Below are positions 21,316 through 31,137 of a stretch of 64,000 nt of DNA, piece by piece. Under the pieces are notes generated by a model. The model saw only the letters and a program-made list of their open reading frames with translations. It did not search any database and was not told the origin of the DNA. Position numbers and translations under genes: made by a program. Source of the stretch: an uncultured cyanobacterium (GTDB taxonomy: Bacteria; Cyanobacteriota; Cyanobacteriia; Pseudanabaenales; Pseudanabaenaceae); NCBI GenBank assembly GCA_963703315.1, contig OY969811.1, forward strand, positions 2,848,001 through 2,912,000, written 5' to 3'. Position 1 is the first letter of the stretch. Each line of letters starts with the position of its first letter.

Positions 21316-23166
21316 CTAATTTTTGCTATTGTCGATTTGAACAATCTCATCACTATCTTCTAAAACAATATCTTCAATATCTTTTACAGAAATATTCAAG
21401 TCCTCTAAATCATCTTTAATCTTCTCATAACGAGAAAGTTTAAACAAAAATTTAATCATTCCTTCCATTTCTTTTTCTTTGTTATTCTCTACTTCAAAGT
21501 GTTTTGTAACGAATTGAGTTATAAATTTAAAGATTTTCAGGATAACTTCCTTTTCACCTTTTTCATATAGGTTAACAATGTACTTATTTATATTTATTTT
21601 ATTGTCAAATTTTGACTGTAAATATTTTGTAAAAGCAACCTTAAATAAAGCTAGTAAATGGTATAAAGGTGTTTTAAAAGTATCCTCGTAAGAGAGATTT
21701 GTAGTATCATCAATTACATCAAATATATAAAATGCACACAGCATATCCTCAAATGAGGTTCTATCATTAAATATTCTTTCATAAAGCCCATCTTCATGTT
21801 CCTTATGTGAGATAAAAACTAGATCTTTTTTAGTTTCTTGATATTGTCTGTAGTTACTTAAGACACTTACGGGATCTTGTAAATGATAAGCTAAATATAC
21901 ATTAGCAAATAGAAAGCTTGGAATTTCATTTATACCTTCTGGAAGTTCGCGAAACTCGTCACGCCTTTTTTCGTACCAAAATTTAGTTTGAAATGAATCA
22001 TTTTGCAATCTAATTTGAATATCGTCATTAGCACAAAAATCGCGATCATATATAGGATTCTGTGAATTCGTGTATCTGGTTACATTCAAATCAAAATCAT
22101 TTCCCCCTGATTTCAAAAGACGTAAAGTAAGCAAAGATTCACTATCCATTTGAATGCGCTTTGTCGGAGACGCATTTTTATAAGCTCGGTAAATAGAATA
22201 AACAGTTTGTGCGCCGTTTATAATTTGTAACCCAGTAAGCTGTAACTTCTCAGCCTTTTTACCGATTTTAGGCAACAGATAGGTAATAGCAGTAATACCG
22301 TTATTGTAATACCAAAAATAAGCAGGATTCTCAATCGCAGTTTTTTCTATTTCCTCATTAAATTCTGATTGGAGGAGAGGATTTCTAACATTTTTATAGA
22401 AAAGCGCAAAACCATATTTTTCAAATAAATCATAGATGCTCTTAGGGCGAAGTAAAAACATATAAGCTTCAAATGGCTTTTCTATTTTAATACTGCCATT
22501 TCCTTGAACAATCTCAATATTAATGAGACTTTCTTCTGGGTTTTGGTAGGTTTCAAGAGGATTTAAAGGCTCAATTTTTTTGTATTTTCTATCGATATAA
22601 TCAAATTTAATTCGATTAATATCAATAACTTCAAACTTGATTTTCTCATCATTATTTATAAAAGACTTAATATTCTCATCCGCACCTCCCCTATATTGAG
22701 AAAGTGTCAAAAAGATGAATTTAACTTCACCATTCTCTTTAAGATGTTTGTCTAACTCTTCTAGTTTTAATTTCAACTTGTCATTAAAATCGTCCTTTTC
22801 ACCCCGCAAAATTGTTGTAAAATCACTCAAAGCCTTAAGTATTTCATCCTTGTCAGCTTCTTTTTCTGCGTTAACCGCATTGTTCCATTTTGATTGAACA
22901 ATATAGAAAATATTATCACCATAATTATTTTTCTTATCAAAAACAATGTCACAAGAACTATCATTATCACCGTCAGTGATAAAACTTGTGTAATTAGATA
23001 TCTTTCCGTAAAATTCTAAAAACCAAATTAAAAGTGCATAGGATTTTTGGTTGTTGATCGCATTTCTATGCTTTTGGATAAATTTATCGTCTTTATACTT
23101 TTCTAAAAGCCCGTTAAGCTCACTATCTATAATGTTATAAAAATCTTTAGTAAACATATTGACCAC
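21316..23166 (-). CDS. AIPR family protein (abortive infection phage resistance)
   Basis: LFYKNVR, FWYYNNGIT, LQIINGAQT, TNSQN; N-terminal D...QSK nuclease-like motif. Confidence 0.88.
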   Translation of the reverse strand: MVNMFTKDFYNIIDSELNGLLEKYKDDKFIQKHRNAINNQKSYALLIWFLEFYGKISNYTSFITDGDNDSSCDIVFDKKNNYGDNIFYIVQSKWNNAVNAEKEADKDEILKALSDFTTILRGEKDDFNDKLKLKLEELDKHLKENGEVKFIFLTLSQYRGGADENIKSFINNDEKIKFEVIDINRIKFDYIDRKYKKIEPLNPLETYQNPEESLINIEIVQGNGSIKIEKPFEAYMFLLRPKSIYDLFEKYGFALFYKNVRNPLLQSEFNEEIEKTAIENPAYFWYYNNGITAITYLLPKIGKKAEKLQLTGLQIINGAQTVYSIYRAYKNASPTKRIQMDSESLLTLRLLKSGGNDFDLNVTRYTNSQNPIYDRDFCANDDIQIRLQNDSFQTKFWYEKRRDEFRELPEGINEIPSFLFANVYLAYHLQDPVSVLSNYRQYQETKKDLVFISHKEHEDGLYERIFNDRTSFEDMLCAFYIFDVIDDTTNLSYEDTFKTPLYHLLALFKVAFTKYLQSKFDNKININKYIVNLYEKGEKEVILKIFKFITQFVTKHFEVENNKEKEMEGMIKFLFKLSRYEKIKDDLEDLNISVKDIEDIVLEDSDEIVQIDNSKN

Positions 23167-23221
23167 AATTAAATCAATGTTGATATACTCTGAAGCCTTT
23201 GGAATAATCTATTCAAAAGGA

Positions 23222-23342
23222 TAAGTAGGAAGGCTTAATTATTTGTAGGATGCGTTAGTGCAACGTAACGCATCCATTGGGTAAAGATGATGGGTTACGC
23301 GATCGCTAACCCATCCTACATTTAATTCCAACAACCTACTTA
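23222..23342. mobile_element. TAAGTAGG...CCTACTTA shell containing an inverted pair of GTAG-type REPs (REPIN-like)
   Basis: GTAGGATGCGTTAGTGCAACGTAACGCATC and GATGGGTTACGCGATCGCTAACCCATCCTAC; right half recurs nearly identically at 9262-9317. Confidence 0.65.
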
Positions 23343-23381
23343 AATCAACCGTTGTAGCAGTCTATTATGTCATTTTGTTTT

Positions 23382-24824
23382 CTAAGTGGATAAAAACTCA
23401 TCAATTTTAATCGCTTCTTGCAAACCCCGCTTGATGCAATCACCTAAAGCTACACCACCAATAAAGTTGGCACTCACATATAAACCTTGAGATTTTTGGA
23501 GTTCGGCTTCCACTGTGGCAAGACGGTCTAAATGTCCAATCTCATACTGAGGAATCGCTTTGTCCCAAACATGAACGGCGATCGCCTTTGGTTCTGCTTT
23601 CGTATCAGGACGGAGAATTGTTTTCTTCAGATCTTGATGCACGGCTTGAATAATTTCAGCTTCTGAAAGCTTGGCTAGGGCAGGATCGAGCGTACCGCCA
23701 ATGAAATTTAATAACAATTGCCAACCTTCAGGGGCGCGTCCTGCAAAGAGGCTTGATGACCAGATTGTACCGAGAGTTCTTACGCCTTGAGTGCGAGGAA
23801 TCAGATTGCCAAAGCCTTTCATATCGTAGGCAAATTCACTTTTTGGATAGGCAAGCACCACACAGGCAACGGTCGGATAAAAAATTTCGTTCAGGGCTTG
23901 GCTAGCGGCGGGTAGAGAATCTTGTAATAGTTTGGCGGTGACGTAGGCGGGAGTAGTGAGAACCACCGATCGCGATGTTAATGTTTCTTCACCCGTAGGC
24001 GTATCGAATTTAGAAATATAGATATCGCCTTGCTTTTCGAGCGATCGCAAAGTCCATTGTTGTTTGACCGCCGTACCTTGTTCTCTTAACTTAGTAGCGA
24101 TCGCCTCTGGCAACATTTTAATCCCTTGTCGAAATGAGCCAAGTTCACCAGATTTCACTTTTGGAATATTGGGATCATTCAGCTTTTGGGCTTTACGTTC
24201 CTTTGCCGATAATAGCGCCCCTGCTAATAAACCACCGTAGCTATTCTCTAACCGAAAGATTTTAGCAAAAGCGGCGTTAGCACTAAGACGTTTAGGATCA
24301 CCTGCATAGACTCCAGAAATAAATGGTGCAACTAGTCGTTCAACGGCTTGCTTCCCTAATAATCGTGAAAAGAATTGATCAACAGATTCTTCCCCAGCCA
24401 TTGCTGGACGCGCAAAACCGATCGCCCCTAACGCTAAACGAATTTTGCCACCCCAAGTCAACAGTTTAGAGGCGATCGCCTTTGGTGGACTCATGGGTAA
24501 AGCGTTTAATTTGCCATTAAGAAAAACAAAACGCGGTAATTTGCCATCAGCCAATACCAACTCGTCTTTGAGTCCCACTTGTACCGCCAGACGCAATAGT
24601 TCAGGTGCAGGTTGAAAGCTATTGGGTCCTTCTTCCCATTGATAGCCTTCGTCATTTTTGGCGCTAGTAATTGCTCCTCCCACCCGATCCTGTGCCTCCG
24701 CAACCAACACACGGTAGTTTTTGGCGATCGCGAGTTCATGGGCGATCGCTAGCCCTGAAATTCCTGCCCCAACGACAAGAACATCTAAGGGTTGATTAGT
24801 ATCAGCATGGGGCGCGGAGGTCAT
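23382..24824 (-). CDS. hemY: Protoporphyrinogen oxidase, HemY type
   Basis: VVGAGISGL, EEGPNSF, GVYAGDP, LGTIWSSSLF, AIPQY. Confidence 0.93.
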   Translation of the reverse strand: MTSAPHADTNQPLDVLVVGAGISGLAIAHELAIAKNYRVLVAEAQDRVGGAITSAKNDEGYQWEEGPNSFQPAPELLRLAVQVGLKDELVLADGKLPRFVFLNGKLNALPMSPPKAIASKLLTWGGKIRLALGAIGFARPAMAGEESVDQFFSRLLGKQAVERLVAPFISGVYAGDPKRLSANAAFAKIFRLENSYGGLLAGALLSAKERKAQKLNDPNIPKVKSGELGSFRQGIKMLPEAIATKLREQGTAVKQQWTLRSLEKQGDIYISKFDTPTGEETLTSRSVVLTTPAYVTAKLLQDSLPAASQALNEIFYPTVACVVLAYPKSEFAYDMKGFGNLIPRTQGVRTLGTIWSSSLFAGRAPEGWQLLLNFIGGTLDPALAKLSEAEIIQAVHQDLKKTILRPDTKAEPKAIAVHVWDKAIPQYEIGHLDRLATVEAELQKSQGLYVSANFIGGVALGDCIKRGLQEAIKIDEFLST

Positions 24825-24973
24825 AGCTTGAGGGGGAGTCGTTGAGCAATTCTCAGTTTAATACAACTACGTTCTTAAAAAAATCAAAAACCTGTGACGC
24901 ACGCTGCACTTACGCCACAGGTTTTTGATTAGCAATAGTAAGGAGTAGCAGTGCTTCGCGCCACTACTCCTGA

Positions 24974-25210
24974 TTAAACTGAATGTTGAAATAACGCATT
25001 TAAATACACTTTGGCAGTGCTGCGATATTGATTAGATGAATTGTGTGAGGCTCCTTGGCGATCGCTACCACCGTTTTGCAATAAAAACAAAGATAAAGCA
25101 GCCGCAAATACACGATCCTGATCCCAGTCAGGGTGAGATTCGAGATAATTTTTGAGGGTTTCGTGCAGTTCTTCAGGAATTTCGGCAAGGATGCTGACAG
25201 GTGTACTCAT
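24974..25210 (-). CDS. DUF2811 family protein
   Basis: EIPEELHETLKNYLESHPDWDQDRVFAAALSLFLLQNG. Confidence 0.85.
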   Translation of the reverse strand: MSTPVSILAEIPEELHETLKNYLESHPDWDQDRVFAAALSLFLLQNGGSDRQGASHNSSNQYRSTAKVYLNALFQHSV

Positions 25211-25496
25211 GCTGAAACCTCAACTTTTAAACAAGTTTTTTTAGTGATGTCGCAACCATTTTTGGAGGTCGGGACTTAATTGTGCGTGCAACTAGTAGTT
25301 CTTGTCAACGTAACGAAGTATTAAGCATAAGTGATAAATAGATAAGACTGGATTGATATAATCAGCCTTTTTACTTAATTTACATTACATAACTTCACAA
25401 TAAATGAATGTAAAAAAGTTTTCCCAAGTTAGCTATCCTATAGATTAATGAATCCTTAACCAGTAAGGAGGGTAGATCTTAACCTCTAAAATCACC

Positions 25497-25559
25497 TGTG
25501 GAAAACTAATGATTAACTGTGGAAAAAGTCGTAATATCTGTGGAAAACTCTGTGGAAAA
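25497..25559 (-). promoter_or_regulatory. Cluster of four DnaA-type boxes (TTTTCCACA)
   Basis: TGTGGAAAA at 25497, 25518, 25539 and 25551, all in the same orientation. Confidence 0.7.
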
Positions 25560-25632
25560 CTTTTAACTAGTTAATGACAAAATTATTTTTTTCTTAATAT
25601 TTACGACAACTTTTATAGATGTCGCCAAAAAA

Positions 25633-25718
25633 CAAGAAGAGAGTTGCGGCGCGAAGCGCCGCAACTCTCTTCTTGGATCTAAAGAAAAAGGGACAGCGTA
25701 ACGCTGTCCCTTTTTCTT
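25633..25718. repeat. Two tandem palindromes
   Basis: CAAGAAGAGAGTTGCGGCGC-GAA-GCGCCGCAACTCTCTTCTTG and AAGAAAAAGGGACAGCG-TAA-CGCTGTCCCTTTTTCTT. Confidence 0.88.
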
Positions 25719-26149
25719 TATTTTAGCCAATTTTCAGGCACGACAACTAAAGTCGTACCCTGTCGCCTGAGGATGATTACTCTTTGCTGGGCAGCGATCG
25801 CAAGATGGGGATCATCACAGATCGCCTTCCACGAAACACCTTCATGCTTAACCCGTCCTGCCTGTCCTGCGGGAATTTCGGTCAGCGTCACCGCTTGATC
25901 CCCTTCTCGCAGTTGCAGCGAATCTCTGGGAATAAAGCGCCGCGAAACTACAGCTAATATCCCTGAGATCAGCATCCAAACTAATATTTGCAAGGCGGGG
26001 ATCGGTAAAATCAAAGCGATCGCCGCCACCAAGAGAGCCGCGATCCCCATTGCTCCAGCAATCAAGAAAGTAGGCAATGGCACTAGCAACTCGATGACAC
26101 AGAGAGCAATGCCAATAATTAGCCAAACTTGACTAGGTAGTATATTCAT
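25718..26149 (-). CDS. NfeD family membrane protein
   Basis: N-terminal TM helices; C-terminal OB-fold pattern GRVKHEGVSWKA...GTTLVV. Confidence 0.85.
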   Translation of the reverse strand: MNILPSQVWLIIGIALCVIELLVPLPTFLIAGAMGIAALLVAAIALILPIPALQILVWMLISGILAVVSRRFIPRDSLQLREGDQAVTLTEIPAGQAGRVKHEGVSWKAICDDPHLAIAAQQRVIILRRQGTTLVVVPENWLK

Positions 26150-27495
26150 GGAGCATTGGGCTTATCAGAATTGGGAAGCTCTGGTGTGGGAACAGTTTCT
26201 GATTTAACGATTTCTGATTTAACGATCGTTGTGCTTGGAGTGGGGCTATTGATTTTTACTTTTTCGGAGTCAAGGGATTTTTCACGTTTAGGAGCATCAT
26301 CGGTCGTGGGTTTGATCACTTTATTGCGAGCAATTTCCGTATTTGTCGGTAATTTCGGGCGATCGCTGGCTGTGGCTGGCTCACTAGGCTGAGCATTGTT
26401 AGCTGTTGGCGCAATGTCCAAATTAGGGGCTGTGGACAGCAAACCACCTAAGCCATTGATTAAATTGCGAATATTGCTCCGCAATTTGGGATCGCCTGTT
26501 AGTTCATCAAGATCAGCAGTAATTTTCTTGGCATTAGCAAAAGTGGCTCGCGCCGAGTCAAGGGTTTCGCGTAATGAGGCGATCGTGGTGGGATCATTTA
26601 GTTCGCCTGAGACTTTGCGAAGATTGGCTGAGGTAATCGCAGCATTTTCGGCAAGTTGCTGCAAATTGGCGATCAGCTTACCGTCATTTAGCAATGGCTT
26701 GGCACTAGCAAGGAGCGATCGCGCTTCCCTAGATGTCGCGGCAATGCCATCAAGAGTTTGCGCCAGTTTTTCACGATTAACTTCAATCAAGTCTTGGGCG
26801 CTATTTGCCACGCTACCAACTTTATTCGCCGCACCACTAATTGCATCCGCAGTATCACCAAATTTAACCATTTGATTTTCAAATGTCCCCACAACTCGTG
26901 TTGCGGAATCCGTCAATTTCTGGATGCTTTTAGCTGTAGATTTTGCAGCGACTAACGTATCGTTGAGGTTATCAATTAAATTTTGATCATTGACTTTGCG
27001 TAGAGCAATACTCGTATCCTTGAGTAAAGCGATAAAGCTGACACCGCGTGTTCCTAAAATCTCTCCGCCTTGACAAACAATTAGCTGACTGTTGCAATCC
27101 TTCGCGAGAGGGTTGAGATTAGAGTCAAGTACCAGCTTTTCTGAAGGGGGGAAAATATCAATGTTGGTATTTCCCAGAAAACCGCCTTGGTTAGTTTCGG
27201 CAACGGAGTTTTTAGGAATGATCAAGTTGGGATTGGTAATCGAAACCTGAACTTCCACTTCTTCAGCTTTCGCACTAAGTGCGGTGACTCGCCCCACTTC
27301 CACACCACGAAACCTGACCAGTGAGCCAGTATTTAAGCCACTGGCATCGGGGACTTTAATCGTGAATGTAAATTTGGAACTATTTAGCTGTAACCCGCGT
27401 AGCCATAGCAATGCACCGCTAAAAGCCACTACTCCACAGATGATAAATAAGCCAAGCGCACCGTCTCGTAATGTTTTTCGCTGCACGAGCCTCAT
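26146..27495 (-). CDS. mlaD: MlaD/MCE family protein (Ycf22/TGD2-like)
   Basis: TM anchor, ASGLNTGSLVRFRGVEVGRV MCE motif, long helical tail. Confidence 0.88.
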   Translation of the reverse strand: MRLVQRKTLRDGALGLFIICGVVAFSGALLWLRGLQLNSSKFTFTIKVPDASGLNTGSLVRFRGVEVGRVTALSAKAEEVEVQVSITNPNLIIPKNSVAETNQGGFLGNTNIDIFPPSEKLVLDSNLNPLAKDCNSQLIVCQGGEILGTRGVSFIALLKDTSIALRKVNDQNLIDNLNDTLVAAKSTAKSIQKLTDSATRVVGTFENQMVKFGDTADAISGAANKVGSVANSAQDLIEVNREKLAQTLDGIAATSREARSLLASAKPLLNDGKLIANLQQLAENAAITSANLRKVSGELNDPTTIASLRETLDSARATFANAKKITADLDELTGDPKLRSNIRNLINGLGGLLSTAPNLDIAPTANNAQPSEPATASDRPKLPTNTEIARNKVIKPTTDDAPKREKSLDSEKVKINSPTPSTTIVKSEIVKSETVPTPELPNSDKPNAP

Positions 27496-28322
27496 ACCTC
27501 CCTAGTCAAAAGTTGAATCGGACCTTCAGTACTGCCACTAAAAAATTGCCTAACATACGGATTGTCAGCCGTATCAATTGTACTCACGTTTCCTGCATAG
27601 CGCACTGATCCACGATAAAGCACAATTAAGCGATCGGCAGTACGGCGAATTGTACTGTCTTGGTGAGTGACGACAATATAACTATCGCAAACCTGTTGCT
27701 CTCGGAGCGATCGCATCAAGTCTTCAATAATTGTCGAAGCGACAGGATCGAGTCCTGCCGTGGGTTCATCATAGAGCAGCACTTTTTTAGTTTGCGATTT
27801 AGTTGTCGGATCATCCATAATCGCACGGGCAAAACTCACGCGCTTTCGCATTCCGCCTGATAGTTGACTAGGATAGCGATCGCTAATATTCTCTAGCCCC
27901 ACTAAGGCAAGTTTTTCTTCGACGAGCCGATGAATTTCGCGTCGTGATAATCGGGAATGCTCAAATAACGAAAAACCAACGTTTTCGGCAACTGTCAGCG
28001 AGTCAAACAGGGCAGCGTTTTGAAACACCATGCCAATGCTTAAGCCGTAGTTTGCCTCTTGGATATCTTCTGTCGAAACAAGGTTGCCATTGATATAAAC
28101 TTCCCCTTGTTCAGGCGCTAACAGTCCACAAATAAGCCGTAAAATCGTCGATTTACCTGTCCCAGAAGGTCCAATAATGGCGATCGCCTCACCCGTATGT
28201 ACGGTGAGATCAACGCCATTTAGCACCTTGTTTTCCCCAAAGCTTTTGTGAACCTCGCGCAGTTCTAGCAAAGGTGTAACCACGTTGCTACTATGTTTGA
28301 CTAGAGAGCTGGTTGGCTGCAT
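27492..28322 (-). CDS. mlaF: ABC ATPase, MlaF/TGD3 family
   Basis: GPSGTGKS, LSGGMRKRVSFARA, LYDEPTAGLDP; overlaps the mlaD start. Confidence 0.9.
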   Translation of the reverse strand: MQPTSSLVKHSSNVVTPLLELREVHKSFGENKVLNGVDLTVHTGEAIAIIGPSGTGKSTILRLICGLLAPEQGEVYINGNLVSTEDIQEANYGLSIGMVFQNAALFDSLTVAENVGFSLFEHSRLSRREIHRLVEEKLALVGLENISDRYPSQLSGGMRKRVSFARAIMDDPTTKSQTKKVLLYDEPTAGLDPVASTIIEDLMRSLREQQVCDSYIVVTHQDSTIRRTADRLIVLYRGSVRYAGNVSTIDTADNPYVRQFFSGSTEGPIQLLTREV

Positions 28323-28399
28323 CGGTATTTATTGCTGATTGAAAAAATCTCTCTACCAAAAACTAACATTTTTTGAGAAAAGTTTCTCAAAAAATAATG

Positions 28400-28580
28400 T
28401 ATAGCTTTTATAGCTAGTTATGTTAGGACAAAACCAAAACCCAAAAGAGAGTTGCGGCGCTTTGCGCCGCAACTCTCTTTTGGGTTTTATGTCTTCTTGA
28501 AAAGCGTTATATAGCCATAGCCAGTCTTATTAGGGTAAAAAATCAAAAAACAAGTGGCGGCGCTTCGCGCCGCCACTTGT
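28400..28580. repeat. Cluster of TATAGC-type shells with GCGGCGC palindromes
   Basis: AAAACCCAAAAGAGAGTTGCGGCGC-TTT-GCGCCGCAACTCTCTTTTGGGTTTT and ACAAGTGGCGGCGC-TTC-GCGCCGCCACTTGT; TATAGCCATAGCCAGTCTTATTAGG resembles the left end at 48885. Confidence 0.75.
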
Positions 28581-28600
28581 GATCAATGCCAATCTTGCGA

Positions 28601-29146
28601 TTATTTACCAACAAAAGATACTGTTAGGCTATCTGAAGCAAGGAAATGATCGAGGTGATAAGCCCTTTCTTCAGTTTTTAAAAGAATCGTTTCATAAAGA
28701 TAGCGGGTGGCGCGATCGCCTAAACTTTCAGCTTGAGCGGCTTGACGGCGCAATAGTTGAATAACCGCTTGTTCGGCGGTGAGATCATGCTCAACAGTTT
28801 TGCGATTGTCATAAGCGCCATCCAATTCTGATTCGATGACAGACAATTCGGCTAACTTGGCAAAACTAGCGACAGGAATCCCCCCAAGCCCGTTTAGACG
28901 TTCGCCAAGCTCATGAACATGACTCTGTACAGCTTTGAGACTATCTTCAAAAAACTGATGTAGCGAATAAAACTCAGCACCATCAACCACAAAGTGATGC
29001 TTTTGATATTGTAAGTACAGGGCTTGAAAGCTAGCTAAAGTGACGTTCAAGCCTTCAACTACAGGTGTTGTCACACTTTTGTCGAGCAGTACTGGATTGT
29101 CGGCAACTTCACCAAACGCACGAACTAGTCCTTGAATTGTGGACAT
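28601..29146 (-). CDS. dps: Dps / DNA starvation protein (ferritin-like)
   Basis: [38 protein letters not shown]. Confidence 0.92.
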   Translation of the reverse strand: MSTIQGLVRAFGEVADNPVLLDKSVTTPVVEGLNVTLASFQALYLQYQKHHFVVDGAEFYSLHQFFEDSLKAVQSHVHELGERLNGLGGIPVASFAKLAELSVIESELDGAYDNRKTVEHDLTAEQAVIQLLRRQAAQAESLGDRATRYLYETILLKTEERAYHLDHFLASDSLTVSFVGK

Positions 29147-29198
29147 AATTTGAGTTTCCTTTTTTGACTAGAGATCTGGGAGCAAAATTGAAATTAGT

Positions 29199-29264
29199 TG
29201 CGAATAATTCGCATTTATATAGTAACCTTAAAATTACAATAATACTTATTGCAAGTTATTAGCA
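29199..29264. promoter_or_regulatory. Two 7-1-7 Fur/PerR-like boxes in the divergent dps promoter region
   Basis: TGCGAAT-A-ATTCGCA (29199-29213) and imperfect TGCAAGT-T-ATTAGCA (29250-29264). Confidence 0.55.
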
Positions 29265-29296
29265 TTATTTAGTTAGCCCTAAATCGCATTCTAAAG

Positions 29297-29551
29297 ATGA
29301 ATCCCACTAATTATTCACTGATCATAAATCAAGCGATCGCCATTAATGGCACTGAAAGATGGGACATTTACCATCGGTTACAAGAGTTAGAGATTCCCTG
29401 CCAATGCTTGACGAATCAACCTTTGACCGTTGAGATTGCTAGTCCTAATCATTTACTTCAAGTTTGGAGTGTGATTAGGCGAACTAATGCTTCCCGCCAT
29501 GATTTACTCCAAATTTTAGATAAATGTTGGCAAATAGCATCTGAGAATTAA
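29297..29551 (+). CDS. Asr1405/Asl0597 family small protein
   Basis: RWDIYHRLQELEIPCQC...PL.VEI...LLQVWSVIRR...L..CW. Confidence 0.8.
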   Translation: MNPTNYSLIINQAIAINGTERWDIYHRLQELEIPCQCLTNQPLTVEIASPNHLLQVWSVIRRTNASRHDLLQILDKCWQIASEN

Positions 29552-29583
29552 ATTCATCTAGGTATAAAATCTGGGTAGTAGTT

Positions 29584-30174
29584 ATGTCAAAATTATTGAC
29601 TCAAATGACAGATTTTCAGGTTGTAGCTCAATTTCTGGGAACGATCCTCAAAGATGGATATAGGGTCAAGTATCTGAGAGTAGCGATCGCAGATCAGGAG
29701 TATTGGATAAAATTGCCCAAAACCTTAAGTCAGAGTTTTGACCAGAATTTAATCATTGGTTCTTGGCTAGAGATTAGGGGTACTCAAACTCTGGATCGCA
29801 AAAAAGGCATTCTTAAGCTAGAAGCATCAGCCTTTAGCATTACTAATGCTCCTCATGCTGCATCACTGCCAGTGTCTAATGCTCCACAAACTGCGATCGC
29901 CAAGCAAAAAAACAAGCCATCTTGTATTTTGATCTGTCAAAAATCAGATTGTTGGGAAAGGGGGGGCAAAGAAATTTATCAGCGTTTGCAAGAGACTTTA
30001 GGCGATCGCGGCTTGAGTGATCTTGTGCAGCTTCAAAAAACGGGCTGTCAAAAGCAATGTAAAAAAGCCCCCAATTTAGTAGTGAGGCCCCAAAAAGATC
30101 GGCATAGTCACGTCAAGCTTACACAGGTTGATAGCTTAGTAAATCGATATTTTGGCGAAGAAATTTCTATATAG
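29584..30174 (+). CDS. Thioredoxin-like (2Fe-2S) ferredoxin domain protein
   Basis: ILICQKSDC...TGCQKQCKKAPNL cysteine spacing. Confidence 0.82.
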   Translation: MSKLLTQMTDFQVVAQFLGTILKDGYRVKYLRVAIADQEYWIKLPKTLSQSFDQNLIIGSWLEIRGTQTLDRKKGILKLEASAFSITNAPHAASLPVSNAPQTAIAKQKNKPSCILICQKSDCWERGGKEIYQRLQETLGDRGLSDLVQLQKTGCQKQCKKAPNLVVRPQKDRHSHVKLTQVDSLVNRYFGEEISI

Positions 30175-30191
30175 CGATCGCCAGCAAAGCG

Positions 30192-30258
30192 CAAAACCTA
30201 GTATCAAAAATAAGAGGTAGCGCAAAGCACTACCTCTTATTTTTAATACTAGGTTTTG
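30192..30258. terminator. Long hairpin between convergent genes
   Basis: CAAAACCTAGTATCAAAAATAAGAGGTAGCGC-AAA-GCACTACCTCTTATTTTTAATACTAGGTTTTG. Confidence 0.65.
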
Positions 30259-30270
30259 ATACTAGAGCAT

Positions 30271-31089
30271 TTAACCAAATCTGCCGCTAATGTATTCCTC
30301 AGTGGCAACTTGCTTAGGACTACTGAAAATAACTGAGGTGCGATCGATTTCTACCAATTTACCTGTGCGCTTACCAGTCTCACTGAGTTCTGTATTAAAG
30401 AAGGCAGTCATGTCAGCAGATCGCGATGCTTGCTGCATATTGTGAGTCACAATTACCAGTGTAAACTTCTGCTTTAACTCTTGCATTAATTCTTCAATAC
30501 GCAGAGTTGAGATTGGGTCAAGTGCCGAGCAAGGCTCATCCATCAAGATTACCTGTGGCTCAACGGCGATCGCTCTGGCAATACAAAGACGCTGTTGTTG
30601 ACCACCAGACAGAGCTAAACCGCTCTCATTAAGCTTGTCCTTGACTTCATCCCATATTGCGGCTGATCGCAATGATTTTTCGACCAAATCAGCCATATCC
30701 GTTTTAGAACCCTTAAATCCATTAATTCGAGGACCAAAGGCAATATTTTCATAGATTGACTTTGGGAAAGGGTTAGGACGTTGAAATACCATCCCAATAT
30801 GACGACGTACTGCTACAGGATCAATCGTAGGATCGTAAAGATTATGTCCGTTAAAAGTGATCGAGCCTCTAACTTTTGCGCCTTCAATTAGATCGTTAAG
30901 ACGATTAAAACATCTTAGAATCGTACTTTTACCGCATCCTGAGGGACCAATAAAAGCAGTGATTTGATTTTTAAATATCTCTAAGTTAACTCCTGCTACC
31001 GCGGGGGAGTTGGAGCTATAAAAAACATTTACGTCCTCAACCTTCAGAATTGCCTGATTCTCAGAAGACATGGCATTGCTTAAGTTCAT
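30271..31089 (-). CDS. pstB: Phosphate ABC transporter ATPase
   Basis: [47 protein letters not shown]. Confidence 0.96.
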   Translation of the reverse strand: MNLSNAMSSENQAILKVEDVNVFYSSNSPAVAGVNLEIFKNQITAFIGPSGCGKSTILRCFNRLNDLIEGAKVRGSITFNGHNLYDPTIDPVAVRRHIGMVFQRPNPFPKSIYENIAFGPRINGFKGSKTDMADLVEKSLRSAAIWDEVKDKLNESGLALSGGQQQRLCIARAIAVEPQVILMDEPCSALDPISTLRIEELMQELKQKFTLVIVTHNMQQASRSADMTAFFNTELSETGKRTGKLVEIDRTSVIFSSPKQVATEEYISGRFG

Positions 31090-31137
31090 GGTAAGACCCC
31101 AAATTCGTAATTATTATCTTTCATAAAATACTCTGAA

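Noticed and set aside
25497..25559. Box array as a mini-CRISPR or as definite oriC
   Set aside because: The repeats are only 9-10 bp, so not CRISPR; only four boxes and no dnaA/dnaN nearby, so oriC cannot be asserted.
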